Part shown: positions 47,301 to 59,571 of the stretch, piece after piece
Position numbering within the stretch: position 1 is the first letter of the stretch
Layout: each line of letters begins with the position of its first letter
Assembly (NCBI GenBank): GCA_973895155.1
Contig: OZ316898.1
Location: 18,425,292-18,489,291 of the forward strand
Length of the DNA stretch: 64,000 nucleotides
Reading direction: 5' to 3'
DNA from: Marsupella aquatica
Taxonomy: Eukaryota; Plantae; Marchantiophyta
Program-made: the position numbers and the translations under genes
Notes under the pieces: model-generated
What the model saw: only the letters and a program-made list of their open reading frames with translations
Told to the model about the DNA's origin: nothing
Database searches by the model: none

Positions 47301-48516
47301 TAAGCAGCCTTGTATCTCCGAATGCGTGACGCACTAAACTCTGGTTGATCTAGCATCCATGCATCCCGAAATCAATTTCTCAATCACCAATCCCGTCACC
47401 CGTGGCAATGTCAATTCCCTGGCCCGAAACAGCCCCCGTAGCCCGATCACTTAAATTCTCTCAATTTCCCGTCACTACTCCGTGCGGCCGCCACTAATGC
47501 CTGGAAGAATGACGCCAGCAAGCCCCACTAATCCACCATGAAAGAGAGAGCTTCAAAAATAATTAGAATCTGGAGAGAGCTTCCGGCAAGAGAGAGAAGA
47601 ACCCCGTTTTTGCTTTCGGCAATGAGAGGGTCGTGCAAAAGGAAGAGGGAAAGAAAAAGGAAGGAAAAAAAAATAGAACCGAAAAAACTCCTGGCGCCTT
47701 CGCCATGCGCCCCGGCCCATTTCTCGGGCCTTACCCTTGCGTCCTCCTGCGCGCGGCCCTATGCAGGGCGCGCGGCCATTCCTCCCGGCTCGCGGGAGGC
47801 CCTTCAACTCCCCCCCGCTCGCGTGATCCTCCCAGCTCGCGGGAGGCCCTTTAACTCCCCCCCGCTCGCGTGATCCTCCCAGCTCGCGGGAGGCCCTTTA
47901 ACTCCCCCCCGCTCGCGTGATCCTCCCAGCTCGCGGGAGGCCCTTTAACTCCCCCCCGCTCGCGTGATCCTCCCAGCTCGCGGGAGGCCCTTTAACTCCC
48001 CCCCCCCCCCGCTCGCTTGCGCTCCTTCAGCTCGCGGAGCCTCATTAATTGCCCGGGCACGCAGCCCTATGGGCTCGCGAGGCAGCCCCTTCAGCTCGCG
48101 GAGCCCCATTAATCGCCCGGGCACGCAGCCCTATGGGCTCGCGAGGCAGCCCCTCTTTCTCTCGGACGGCCACTAATGGGACTCGCCCTCCTGAGGAGGG
48201 ATTTATTTAAAAAAAAACCCCCCCCTCTCCTGACTTTGCAATGGGGGTCTCAACAATAGCTCTTGAAGCAAAACGGTAAGTCCTATGGGGCTGGTCCTGG
48301 CTAGTTTCAAGGTCCCAAAATATTTGCCCACTTAGGTCGCCGCAAATCTTAGAACTATTATGAGAGAAAGAATATAAAGTCACCTGGGGCATCATCAACC
48401 TATAATGACGGAATTAACTAAAAATTAAAAAATGGCTTATTTACATTGACTATTAACAAGGTATCGGCCTTTGCAACCAGTTATGTGTGACTTCCCGTGA
48501 CGGGGTACCCGTCACA
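44389..48516 (-). repeat. 5' LTR (4,128 bp)
   Basis: Copy of 33646-37770 at offset 10,743 (10,746 after a 3-nt poly-C expansion). Confidence 0.95.
45500..47356 (-). CDS. LTR-encoded 618-aa accessory protein, 5' LTR copy
   Basis: Translation identical to 34757-36613. Confidence 0.8.
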   Translation of the reverse strand: MLDQPEFSASRIRRYKAAYRDYVETRITREREEREVMMSTGLAAGSSPVGRKIFRRIYPKTSTKVMEDCRNIFQATGLTEFMKVEITIPSGKSWDIEAGMEFRTEGIYFECLKRVVPHVELAKLLFLENQKFSFTPRNIRGELTLKMVATWVTNPTSTTAIPLSAVKDVEYKGFLAKVHQRVLGNVQSGVLNEEHFVVAMDIKNYPAHVYGWWCYGLKKLLAAEPGSVKPGGAVHLMGSFVLARAEGLIGSPGHEDTGSSLTTEIRSIATTVLGKLTEESLSAGGEDNREEENQEDDCTLEWLESLVGDPKQPLEYNIPDVYLAELRDFREGVHEGLKLVHALRESLKHATVKVETLEQSILSLKEVIKTKEQTIHEKVRHINAAHVEITNLKGALSTKAKEAEEVGALRQALAKEKQNSGEVMEWRNQVGALRSQVAAFETRAKRSEALSLGKRKSPGTPGSTLSPDVISQAIEMVVKEVSGKYGPLLDGAKKSQEKSKSLEKKLREVRKSLREAQVSTGMPPRSVTPGTPMATGQVLPLELRSGEEATLWKDTIGEGYIKAWQALAALRKRGSSSTKSTPSKKKKSTVALTPVSDEEEDHSRGTSPGTESEEEEED

Positions 48517-49453
48517 CACCTGCCCCTATAAAGGGCTACGGGTAACCCGTAGCTCTCATTCTAAAGAGTATTCTAAAAGGTGCTGATTGCAAAACCTTTT
48601 TTTAGCAAGTACTCCACAAAAGGTGCTAGAGTTCCACCTTTTATGGTGAATAGTGAGACATGGAATGAAATTTTTATAGTGGCAGGTGTGGTTTAAAGGC
48701 CTAAGAGATTTTCATTTTTACTAGTTTTATTAAGAGAAAAAGTGAATTTTCCTAATGAGAGGTTTTAAATCTTCGCTGTGCAATTTTCTCTTTAGAATGC
48801 CCTGAAAATTACAAAGACACATTAACTCACTGAGGGCATTAAGTATTAACTATTCCTAGGTCTAGTTAGCATACTTTATTATTTTGTAGAATGATCCTAA
48901 CTCTGAACCAGTTATTTGCCACATCCAAAGCCAGGATGGACCCATGGGGAACATCTTCTCGCAACGCACAGATATTCACCTAATCATCATCATGGCTATA
49001 TTTTCACTATTTGGCTAATAGACCACTACATGACTAAGTACCTGTCCTCGGCTGCCTTGCTCCAGTCTTTAATCTGCCTTTGAAATATCCAGTACAAAAC
49101 TTTGCAATAGAGTTTGGGATAGACAGCTTGTTTGGGTCTCATTGCTGCTTTTTCTACCACCTCCAGAGGAAGTTTAATGGGTGACTGATCAATGAATAAT
49201 TACGAAGGCCCCTCCGTTGCTGCAACCTTTCAGCAAGGAAGGATTGACGACTGACTATGTTGCCAGACTTTGAGTATAAGAGGCCTTCTGGCCTCAAATA
49301 GTCCCATTGTTCTTCCACTCCATCGACAATCTCGATTAACCAAGATTGCAGGCAGGTCAATATCACTAGATTTGAGCTTTGGGGTAGAAAGTTGATATTC
49401 CTTACAATTGGAGTGAGCTGCTGAATTGGACGGCTTACAGGAAGACAAGTTTT

Positions 49454-50686
49454 GTGCTTACCCACATCAACGAGGATCCTCACGCTGTCACTAAGGCCAG
49501 AGATTTCAAAGATTTCATGCACACTCGTCTGGGGTCACTAGATCCTCTGTGTAGGACAATGGACGCACTTTCACTCAGTCCTTTCTCCAAGAAGATGAGC
49601 AGAGGCCGACGGAGTGATGAGATCCAAGTCTGTTCCCCCGTTCTAAAAAGCTCTGATCTCATCACAGAGCGGTATGTGGAGGATGGACAAATCCTTCTGA
49701 GTCTATCAAAATCTTCACCAGTGGAGCTCATTTCAATTGGGGACGGCATGATGGAATTGGGTGAAGATTCTGCATCCCCTGAAGAAACTGATTTTATAGG
49801 TAGTTTTCACGTTGTGAATTTGGATTCGAACGTTTCAGAAAACCAGCTTGAAGACCAGACACGGATGGAAACTGTTGGTCAAGAGAATTGTCCCAGCTCC
49901 CCAATTGTCGGAAAGCAAGAAAGGCCTAATGAGATTATACAGGAATATATTCAGGGCGGACAAATTCCTCCAGTGGCAATTACAAGTCTGTCAAAATCCG
50001 CACCAGTGAGTCTTAATGTTGCAGTGGATGGCGTCACAGTGGACTTGTGTGACGATTCTAACTCACCTAATAAGATAGAATCGATGAGTTCTGTTCGAAT
50101 TGATGTTTCAAGTTTGGATCCTGTGGCAGATCAAACAGGTGTGGAAACTGTGAAACCTTGCATAGAGAATGGGGCCTGTCAAACTCATTACGGTATCAGA
50201 TGTAACTGGTGTGGCAGGAATCCTATTATTGGACCGCTATTCAGGTCCTGCAATATATTAGGCTACAACTTGTGTCTCCAGTGTTTCCAAGCCACCGGGG
50301 CTAAGAGAGGGGAATACACTATGATCGATCTATTTTATTTTGAGAATCCAATTACATCCCTGGAGAGCCTAATGCCGACTTCCAGTCCTGAACGAGGTAA
50401 GTCAGATTCAGCTAAGACCAGAGGAGAAACTGTGGATAAAGAAACACATGAAACACGGCTTCCCATAGAGGCCCGCATAGAGGACTTCGCAGCAAAGTTG
50501 GGAGTGCTGGCCCTTGAGGATCTCGGGGAGGATCCATGTGAGGCCCACAAACCGAAGGCAGAGCTGTTCGAGAGTATCAATTTGAACTTGCACAAACCTT
50601 CAGAGGATCTGTGCGCAGTGGAAGGGTGGGATGCAATGATTGACGAGCTACAGGATTTTGGTTACTCCGACTCTGAGATTGAGTAA
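49454..50686 (+). CDS. NBR1-like derived protein (ZZ zinc finger + truncated UBA), possibly a pseudogene
   Basis: HYGIRCNWCGRNPIIGPLFRSCNILGYNLCLQCF resembles the plant NBR1 ZZ domain. EDLCAVEGWDAMIDELQDFGY resembles NBR1 DDLCGVSEWDPILEELQEMGF. The frame is open from 49388; the true start is uncertain. Confidence 0.65.
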   Translation: MLTHINEDPHAVTKARDFKDFMHTRLGSLDPLCRTMDALSLSPFSKKMSRGRRSDEIQVCSPVLKSSDLITERYVEDGQILLSLSKSSPVELISIGDGMMELGEDSASPEETDFIGSFHVVNLDSNVSENQLEDQTRMETVGQENCPSSPIVGKQERPNEIIQEYIQGGQIPPVAITSLSKSAPVSLNVAVDGVTVDLCDDSNSPNKIESMSSVRIDVSSLDPVADQTGVETVKPCIENGACQTHYGIRCNWCGRNPIIGPLFRSCNILGYNLCLQCFQATGAKRGEYTMIDLFYFENPITSLESLMPTSSPERGKSDSAKTRGETVDKETHETRLPIEARIEDFAAKLGVLALEDLGEDPCEAHKPKAELFESINLNLHKPSEDLCAVEGWDAMIDELQDFGYSDSEIE

Positions 50687-53130
50687 TAGTACGGATAGTA
50701 TCGTTTTGGTATCAGATCGTGAAAAGTGTAAATCACAAGTGCAGCTGAACAATGGAAAATGGCAAGCGGGATGGCGAGCAGTCCAGGATTCTCATGTAGT
50801 TTTAAATCGAAGAGAATAATAGTGCAATGACACGAATTGTAATGTACAGTATCTATTGTAACGGACAGTATTGAAATTCTTGCCTTACATAGATCAACTA
50901 ATGGTCTCATCACGAGGTTACTGCCACTGAGAAAACTCTGAAAATCATTTCATGAAGAAAGTGCAACATGTTATGAAACAGTTCATCAGTTTGGTCGAGA
51001 AACGTCGTTCGATACCCCGTTGGATGCACCCCTATATCGCAAGAACTCGACAATCATCCGTCTAGCTCCACGCTCTAAACCCCACCCCTCCGGACTTGAA
51101 GCTACTTTGAAGCTAACTTGCAGTTCAATTCAGTGTTGTAGGAGCTGAAACTGGTTTGACTGACATTTGCATCAGGGATAGGTGACCGATGTTGTTTCCT
51201 TGTTTACAGTGGTTGTTACCTAAGGTTCTCACCCGGAGGCTCGTCAAGGTCAACTTCATGAATGATTGCGATCAGGTACTGGCTTGGGTATGATCGTCAC
51301 GTCACGGTCGTCGTAAAGATGGCATTGAATGTACTGGATGCCATTTGATGACACGAAAGGGGCAATGTTCTCGTTCAGACTTTGTACACTTCCGTAGATT
51401 TGTAACTCGCTGCTGAATTATTGCAAAAATAGCCTCAGTGCCCTCTCCCCTTTGCATACGTACCGCAAGGCCAGTGTGACTCGCATGAAACTGTGGAATT
51501 AGTTCGAGGAGCCCAAATCTGGTCCGCATCAAACCACAGAAGACGCGTTGGTTTAAGACCACTGAAGTCTCGTTCGGAGTCAGAGCACGGCCTTGCCATC
51601 TGCAAATGGAACCTCAAAGCATAAATCGTGATCGACTAGCAAAAGATTGATGCCACCCTTGTCCTAGCAGGAATAGGAAGGAGCGTCCTTTGAACTATTA
51701 TAATAATTCTGCCCATCCGATATTCCGATTGGACCCACGCTACTCAGGAGAAAGTCCTCTCAGCTACAGTAGCCTGCTCTCGTGGCGTTGTTTCACAAAC
51801 TCTCAAATGCATTTCAGGAGGCGTGTGTGGCCCTACCTCTGGGCTGTTTTAATCCTGGCTAGTAGTCAGGCAGCTAGTTTCTGGTGGGCCAAGGTGCATT
51901 CAACTTCTCCAATTGGCTTCGACCGGAACTTCTAGTAGAGGAGATTTTGAGGTGAAACATCAAACGTCATCCCAACGATTGGCCCAGCTTTCAAGGAGTA
52001 GGGCATTGAGACGGATAATGCGTTGTGATCATTGCTTCGTTAACTTTGTCCAAGATCATCTAGGGCTTTCCACAGTCTGAGACATAGGCCGTGCCCACAA
52101 GGCTGGGTATGAAACGCAAACATTAATGAAACTCTTGCGACATGATGAAGTCCAATTGCGCAAATGACGGTGATTCGTACTTTCCCTGAATGTCTGGACC
52201 CTTGTAAAATACATTGACCCTGTGTGCAACATGTGTAATGAAACAGTCACACACTATCTAACGAACGACACTTAGAACAAAAACTGGGGATAAGTTCGCC
52301 ACTTCCCATAAAAAAAATACCATGTGTAGTGTAATAGGCACCCATTATCTAAACAGAACAAAAACAGGGGAGAAGGTCACCACTCTACTTAAACCCGCAT
52401 CTTTGGACTGGAATCCTTCATGCCCGAAGACTCCAGTAGGCGCGTAATACAACCCAGGATAGGAAGCACATCCTCCTTGAGCCAAGATTTGGTGTTGATT
52501 GTAAGCCTGGTTCAAGACAATGAACTCGCTCATGAAGACTCAGATTTGGAAGACGATACGTTCAATCTTTGTTACATTTCCTTGCATATAGTTGAAGGGC
52601 TCAATAGATATGAAGGTCACCTGTAGCTCCGGAATGCAAGGTACAAGTTATCAGGTTTTGGAGGTGAATGTGTCAGTCGGAACATAGTACTGAAACCGAT
52701 ACTAATTTAGTCTTCCAGTACATCCAGTTTAGTCATCTCACTGAGGCATCATCTCTTGGTTCTCCCAACATTTCAGCCAATTAAAGTGCTTTGTTGGACT
52801 TTAGAGGCTTCATCGAATTCAACTACAGCGTCAGGAAACCACACTAAAGGCAAACATCAGCAGACCCCGGATTTGTATATCAATCATATCAACCCTTGAG
52901 ATTTTTCCTCCAGGTGAGGAAAACCTTAAAATAAAATTGAGCTACAAAATGACTTTCTACAGGGAATCTTCACAACGTGATCACATCTGGCGAACTTCCT
53001 CCACAGGAATTCTCGGCCTTGGCAGAGATGAAACTACTCTGCTACATCAATTTCCTCGTCAGAATCTAGAACCACAGGCCAGCTTCGAATTGCTGCAGCT
53101 TCCTCCTGAGTCAGACAACTTGTTGGCTGT

Positions 53131-56100
53131 TCAACACCGCCCCTTAGCGGGCCTGCCCCTCTTACGTTTGGCAGGAACCTCGTACTCACTTTCTACATCA
53201 CTCGCCTCGTCATCCGAGTCTTTGGCAACCTTCCGTCCACGTTTCTTGGGGGCCTTAATGCCTACCTTTTTAGGAACTGTGGGAGTTTCCTTCACACTCT
53301 CCACGGTCAATACTTGCCCATTCACAACAGGCTCAACAAGCTTATCAAATGCCAGGCCGTTACTGTGCCCGTTATCACTGGGCTTTGAGTGGCCATTCTG
53401 TGTGGGCTTTAAATGCCCGTCATCAGAGAGCTTCGAGTGCCCATTTTCAGAGGGCTTGGAGGGCCCATTACTTGGAGGAACAGAAGGCCTTTCTGACTCA
53501 TCATCAGTATCTTTGACGATCTGTTCTCTAACCTCATCCGGACCTTCGGAATATTTTTCGGCATTGCTTGTTTCTGCTTTTGGATCTTCTTCGTCATCAT
53601 CTTCTGCAACGCTGCTCTTGAGCTTCTCAATAACATCTTCCATCTGCCGGTTGACCTGTGAAGAGAATAAATCACCTTTCAGAACACCGCCCAAGAAGAA
53701 GTTGCCAAAGCAACACAATGTATAAAGGATTACTCCTGAATTGGAGGCAACTCGCCAAATTCAAGTCCTATCGGACGGAATAGTTGGGCCGTATTTCTCC
53801 TTTAAGGAAAACTTATTGTAAACTTCCAACTGAAGGACCTAATAATACTACGCTTACTTGAGACATTAGAATTGCAAGGCTTGTGAGTACCTGTGGGCAG
53901 GAGATGAAATCGTAAATATCTCCTTTGCAAGTTGGGCATCGTTTAACTACTTTCTGAACACGTAAAGAACGCCCTCCAACAGCTTTTCGCTCCCTCGTGT
54001 CTTCTTGCCCGGAAAACAATCCCACTAAACATGGTTTGCAGAAGTTGTGACCGCAAGGCGTGGAGAGGGGCAGCTTCATCACCTTCCGACACAAGCTGCA
54101 TCCAAACTCTGTAAAAGATTCGTTTAGTAAAAGCTCAACGCATGGTAAACAAATATCGTCTCCAGACATAGTTGACTAACCCTTTGAAAGGCACCAGAGT
54201 GAAGCACCTTATTCAGACTACATAATGGTTATTAGCGACTACATAATCCAGGACTGCCATTCTGAAGAGCGCTGACACGCACTGAATAATCTATTTGTCA
54301 TCGGCAGCCTGACAACGAATCAGATGCATTCACAATTGACAAACAGAACCTTTCAGCAGTTTCTGTTGGGTACTGAGCTGCTTCCGTCTCGAGGACTTCT
54401 CTCCATTTCCACCAGTGGTCCCAGTCTTTCTACTCTCAGGTGGATCTTTTACCCATCCCCACTTTTCACTCTCCTCCTGTACAAATGGGACACAACACAG
54501 TGCTGAGGCAGAAGGATGATGTAACTCAAAGAGAGGTCAGGCAGAAAGATACATTGAGCTGCGCATCAGCAACCCTCATATCCGTTACAATCAACATGTC
54601 ATTCCAACCAAGGATGATTGTAGTTGCTGATTAGGTGAACTCCACAACATGTTTTACCTTCAGGTCCCAAGAAGGCTCAGTTTTCCTTTCATAAATGTCT
54701 GTGGCTTCTTTCAGCTCCTCAATGCTTGGAAGTGGGCGTTTGCGATCTCCAGTTTCATCACTGAAAAGAAAAGAAGGATAAGTCTACTGTAAGAGATACT
54801 TCATAGGAAAGAAAGGAATTCAGTCCTTGTCAGGGTTGCATTGGCCATAGCTCATCACATAGCTCAAGAAAAACCAAGCAGGAAATCCACAACACGAACT
54901 TCATAGACATCACGGCTCTTGTGTTCATACGTTGTCCAAGGGGCAGGCTCGTTGTCGCATCTGACAAAAAGATAACGGCAGACCTTGTGACCCTGAAAGC
55001 AAGATACATAATGGCATAAAGTTTATTAGGCAGATGGGAAACATACTTCAGTAAGAATAATCCAGAGACAAGAAATAGTTCATCAGGTAGGGAGCTGCAC
55101 TAAGCCCAACAGTTTCACAACAAGTATGCAAACTTGGAATCTCACTCAACTTCACCTGAATTCCCTTCTTCCGCCAACATTTCTCAATTCTATAGACACC
55201 GTCGTACCGTACACCTTTCTCTGGTGCATACGATGATCGCTTCTCTTTGTGCGACCTGCGGTTATACAACATTGGTCACTAGTAAATCAAAGCTGTAAAG
55301 CATAACCAGCATGGGAATTAAAAAATCACAAATATCAGCCAGAATTGACGTCCCACACGTTATTTGGGACAATACTGCAGGACAAATGGAAATTCTGAGA
55401 AAATGGAAAATGCAACAAGTCCCTTCCTCTCTTCTTCCATCTAACAGGATCTGATTTGAGACGAAGCTACTGCCTCTTCGCTCAGCTTCTATATGGGTGC
55501 AGCAAATTTCTTCCCTTATTAGAACCAGACTAGCAATGCCAAGTCTGTTAGGAAGAGTCATTTTAGCTGGAAGTTACTTTGGATAATAATTCTGCCCTCT
55601 TCGTCTAACTACTGGCACTCTAGCCTTGATACACATTGACACTTCACCACCAACTGAATATCTAAGCATGAAATTCGTTGTGATAACCAAGCACAGGGAG
55701 GTCTACAGTGTAGCATTTGAGGACCCAGAAGCTTAAGAAACAGGAGCTATGCACATCGACAAATTAGTCCAATTGGTAATTTAACCTATACCATCATCAG
55801 CCTTTGATTGAGTAAACCCTCGTGCAGATTGAGATAAGTACCGAACAACTCGGACGGGGTAACCCCGCTTACAACTGACTCGCAAGGCTTCATTTGACTT
55901 GTCAAATTTCTGGTCAAACGATTGCTCCTTGTTGGTCCGCTTATTCCCACTCAGGTCTCTACCGCCACTGCAATGGCCCCAAATTTGAAGTTAGTACCTC
56001 ATTACAATCTCACTCCCACCTTAATCAAGTGCCCACCGGCCACCCTCCAAAAATTCATTCAAGCATAGAGAAGAGGGCCAGAATTTCCACAACGTAGAGC

Positions 56101-58037
56101 CATCGAAGCACCAAAAAGTCCTTTACAAGTTCTTGTACAATAAACGATGTCTCTCACTTTATTTAATACATAAGAGCTTATCTGCAAGAATCGCATAGAA
56201 AGGAGGACCTTAGTTTTTAAACATGCTCGAACGCTGCTTGTGGATACTGAGCACTTCATGCACAGTTCGGTGCCGATAAAATGGTCATACAAGTACATTT
56301 AGATTTAGTGGACACCAGACAGAGCAAAGACTGCACGAAATCTTCGAAAATCTTCACAAGTTCTGCAACAACAAAAAACATGTACCTTCCTGTGTAGAGA
56401 AACCATTCTCCGTGATCTTCGTCATCTTCATAGCCACCGGAAAGAGCCACAGACTGTGCTCCAAAATCGGACTGTCCTGCTATCCCTGCAACATGAGGAA
56501 AGTGTGCTCCCCACTGTCGGCACTCCATTCGGTCCTCCCAACTTTCGCCCACCAGCACCCCTTGCCCACGTGAGGGATCATACTCAGAAGAGATGGGACC
56601 GAAATGATCAGGAGGAATGGTGACGAAGATTCGACCACTGCACGCATTAGCTTTCCCAGTTTTCACTGCCCGCTCGCTAGTGAAACATTTGTCCGGTCTC
56701 TTCTCGTTCTCGATATAATGGTAATGCTTTGGAGGTCCTTGAGCGCCACCCGAAGTTGCGGCTGCTTTCGCCCAACGAATTGCCATGACCAGAGCTGAAT
56801 TGATACGAGGTTGGTTGGCCATTGCGGCAGGGATGGGTGCTCGGCATTTCCCGCAGCTTTTCTTTCCTTGCCCGACCCACCGTTGGAAACATTTCAAACA
56901 AAAATTGTGTCCACATGGCGTCTGTAGGTAACAATGAGGTTAAATTAGTTTTTAAGGATATGAAATTCTGGGACCAACAGAGTCCCAACATAGACCTCTT
57001 CCAGACTTCTATCGCAATGGATTCCGGTGAGCTTGATACCTCTCGTTCTAGCTCTATCTTGAACAACTTTTGAGTTAGGTATCTCTCGGGCTACATGTTT
57101 TTTCATCAGAGCGTAGACTGCACAAGTACACTCAATGACGACGATCTAGCTCGATACAAATTCTAATGTGCCAGAATATGAAGAATGCCTCCCCACGGGG
57201 GAATTGAGAAGCCCAACCCAGTTGACACAGCCAAACAAGAACCCGTCTGGAAAGGTCAGTGGTCCTACTAAAAGGAATGACACGGACGACTGTCAAGATT
57301 CCAACAATGCATTCGTAGAATTCTATTCGTCTTTAAACGAAGAGATGATCTATAAGACTGCGACAATGCACCAGTAGAAATTCACAATTGAAAAGAAGAA
57401 TCAGATGAAGTGGAGCGCTGTTAAACAATCATAGAATAAAATGGACAATTCAGTACACTTTACAAATAGCTTCATAAGACGTTAGGGTAACAACATGAAG
57501 GTGGATGGTATTCTCAAGACTCACAGTGACGGGTCGCTCGGCGAGGTTCATGCAGAAGATGCAGTTGAGATTCTCATCTAGCATTTCCAAAGTCTCATTC
57601 CTCCTGGCGGGCTGAACTTTTGCGTTCGCCTGAGCCTTCTTCCCATTTTCAGCAGGGGCGGACTGACTTGCCATGAGCTCCTGCCTTTTCCGAGCTTTCT
57701 CTGCCTCAGTGAGAGAGGTATCTGCCTGAATTGAGCGGATTCTACTCATCATGTCATTCCCCGGTATTGTCGTAGTGCTCGGCACCGGGCCTGCAGCACC
57801 GGACCCCGCCGATGCTGAGACGTTGGCAGCGCCATTTGACGAGGAAGTTGGAGGAGCTGCAGGCATATCGCAATCGGGGCATTCCCAATCTCCCAGTGGC
57901 ACACTCGTCAGAGGAGGGTTCAAGCATTGCATGTGCCACGGACTGCTGCAGCTACAACAGAGCAGGACGCTCTCGTCCAGCGGCACCTCCTTGCACACCA
58001 TACACATGCCATCCGCATCACAGGGAAGATCTGCCAT
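53131..58037 (-). CDS. ORTH: E3 ubiquitin ligase ORTHRUS/VIM (UHRF1-like; PHD-RING-SRA-RING), ~9 coding exons
   Basis: MADLPCDADGMCMVC PHD; RING CIFCMNLAERPVT/TPCGHNFC; SRA GVLVGESWEDRMECRQWGAHFPHVAGIAGQS...SGGYEDDEDHGEWFLYTG and SYAPEKGVRYDGVYRIEKCW; second RING; acidic/AT-hook-like tail KRKRGRPAKG. Confidence 0.95.
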
Positions 58038-59130
58038 CGTTGTTTTCCTCCACCACCAAACCCCTCCGGTACTAACTACACCTCAGCTCAATGCGAAATC
58101 CCCAAACAAAAAACTCCACGCTGCTACTCTGCTTACCCAGGGAATCCAACCGGGTGCACCGCAAATGGCATCCGTCCGTCACAGCACTTCCGTCAGCCGC
58201 GAATTCACCCACACCATACAATCACAACTAGCCGATTGCATTATGCCAAAGGCATCGAGGGCTTCCTAAACCCTTTCCTTCTTCCATTCATCACAAGACC
58301 AGCTCCATTCCCAAACACAGACGCAATGAAAGGTACTAAATCCTTCCTCAATCCTTTCTAGCTTCTGTCCGTCGTTTCGCCAGCTCCACCAACGAAACAC
58401 AGAAACAGTTCAGCACCCATGTCGCAGTCCGAAATGTGGTCAGTGGCATACCACTCGTCACTATCCGAAATGCTTCCAGCTTCACACACTCTCCTCTGAT
58501 ACACTATCCCAACCCTTTCTCCTTGTGCCTATACCTACGATGGGAATATTCTTTCGCAGCAATCCCCAATGCACCCTCAATCCCAAACGATTCTTCAGAC
58601 CAAGACGAACCAAAACGAGAATCTGCTGAAAACCTTCGTCGCCACTCGACTGTAACTTCTACACCATCATCCGGAATTTGAAACCAACCCGTGCCTAGAC
58701 GATCTCACCGCTTCAATAATAGTTCGATCGATCGAGAGTTTCCGCAAAAATGCTGCCCTTCTTTTACACTAGAGCTTCGGCCATCACTCATTCCTTCGCT
58801 ACCAGTTCAAGCTATCTCCAAAATTCCGCAACCCTGATTACTGACCAGTGAATTGTGAACCAGCGACGGCGCGTTCTCGTTCATCAAGACGAGAACGCGT
58901 TGCCGCCACCGAAGATCAACATCGCCATCAAAATGCTCACTCCAGCATCCTAATAAACTCGTGCTGCTATCCTCGCCTTTCCTCTGCTCTGTTCCGCACT
59001 CTCACTGATCGGTGGAAATCCTTCCTCGCACTGTGACAATGTCCTCCTCACTCTCTCTACATGTGACTGTCGTCGTCCCCCTCAACTACTGAAGATCATG
59101 ACCGTGCTCAAACTCCGTGGACGCAAAAAA

Positions 59131-59571
59131 GCGCGAATTGAGCTCCGGCTTTCAAATGTCCTCCTCCGTGCGAAGCCTCTGAACTTCTGGAGTCATGAAC
59201 ACAATGGGCCAATGGCGAAGGGAAGGCGGGACCATCTTTCTCATTCTTCGTGTTTGAAGAAAAAATCAGACGAGCCTGAGAATGCGGATGTGGGAGGAAT
59301 GGCGGGAAGAATTTTCAATCCAAATTGAATCGCGACGTTTCATGAGCGAGAGCTCGATCGGCTCCTTTTCCTCTCGCACTCATCATCATTAATTTCTCAT
59401 TCTGTGTCGTGGTTTCGACTCTGTGTTGGGTCTGATCATCTGATGAGTGTTTCAGCTTCTGCTGTCATCGCAAACCCAGTTACCCCTGTCAGTGGGAATC
59501 TCTGTCGTGCAGCCGTCCGATCCTGTCATCGGAGGGTGGATATCGGTTACAATGACGGGTCGATTTCCCGC
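59131..59571 (-). promoter_or_regulatory. Cluster of E2F-type sites upstream of ORTH/VIM
   Basis: GCGCGAAT at 59131, GGCGGGAA at 59301 and TTTCCCGC at 59564 fit or nearly fit WTTSSCSS. UHRF1/VIM genes are cell-cycle/E2F regulated. Confidence 0.5.

Larger units (their letters stand above)
33646..48516 (-). mobile_element. Intact Ty3/gypsy LTR retrotransposon, non-chromovirus Athila/OTA-like, 14,871 bp
   Basis: TG...CA termini, 5-bp TSD CACCT (33641-33645 and 48517-48521), two near-identical LTRs, tRNA-Asp PBS, PPT, and a single gag-pol ORF in PR-RT-RH-IN order. Confidence 0.97.

Noticed and set aside
33646-48516. 4.1-kb duplication as an assembly artefact or segmental duplication
   Set aside because: The repeat boundaries coincide exactly with TG/CA ends, a 5-bp TSD, the PPT and the PBS, and the copies differ at a few positions.
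51807-51935. Possible small secreted peptide MHFRRRVWPYLWAVLIL...
   Set aside because: Only 42 codons with no family motif, which is within chance expectation.
48516-58037. Functional link between the retroelement and the neighbouring ORTH/VIM methylation gene
   Set aside because: Proximity only (~4.6 kb from the 3' end of ORTH); no shared sequence or capture is seen.
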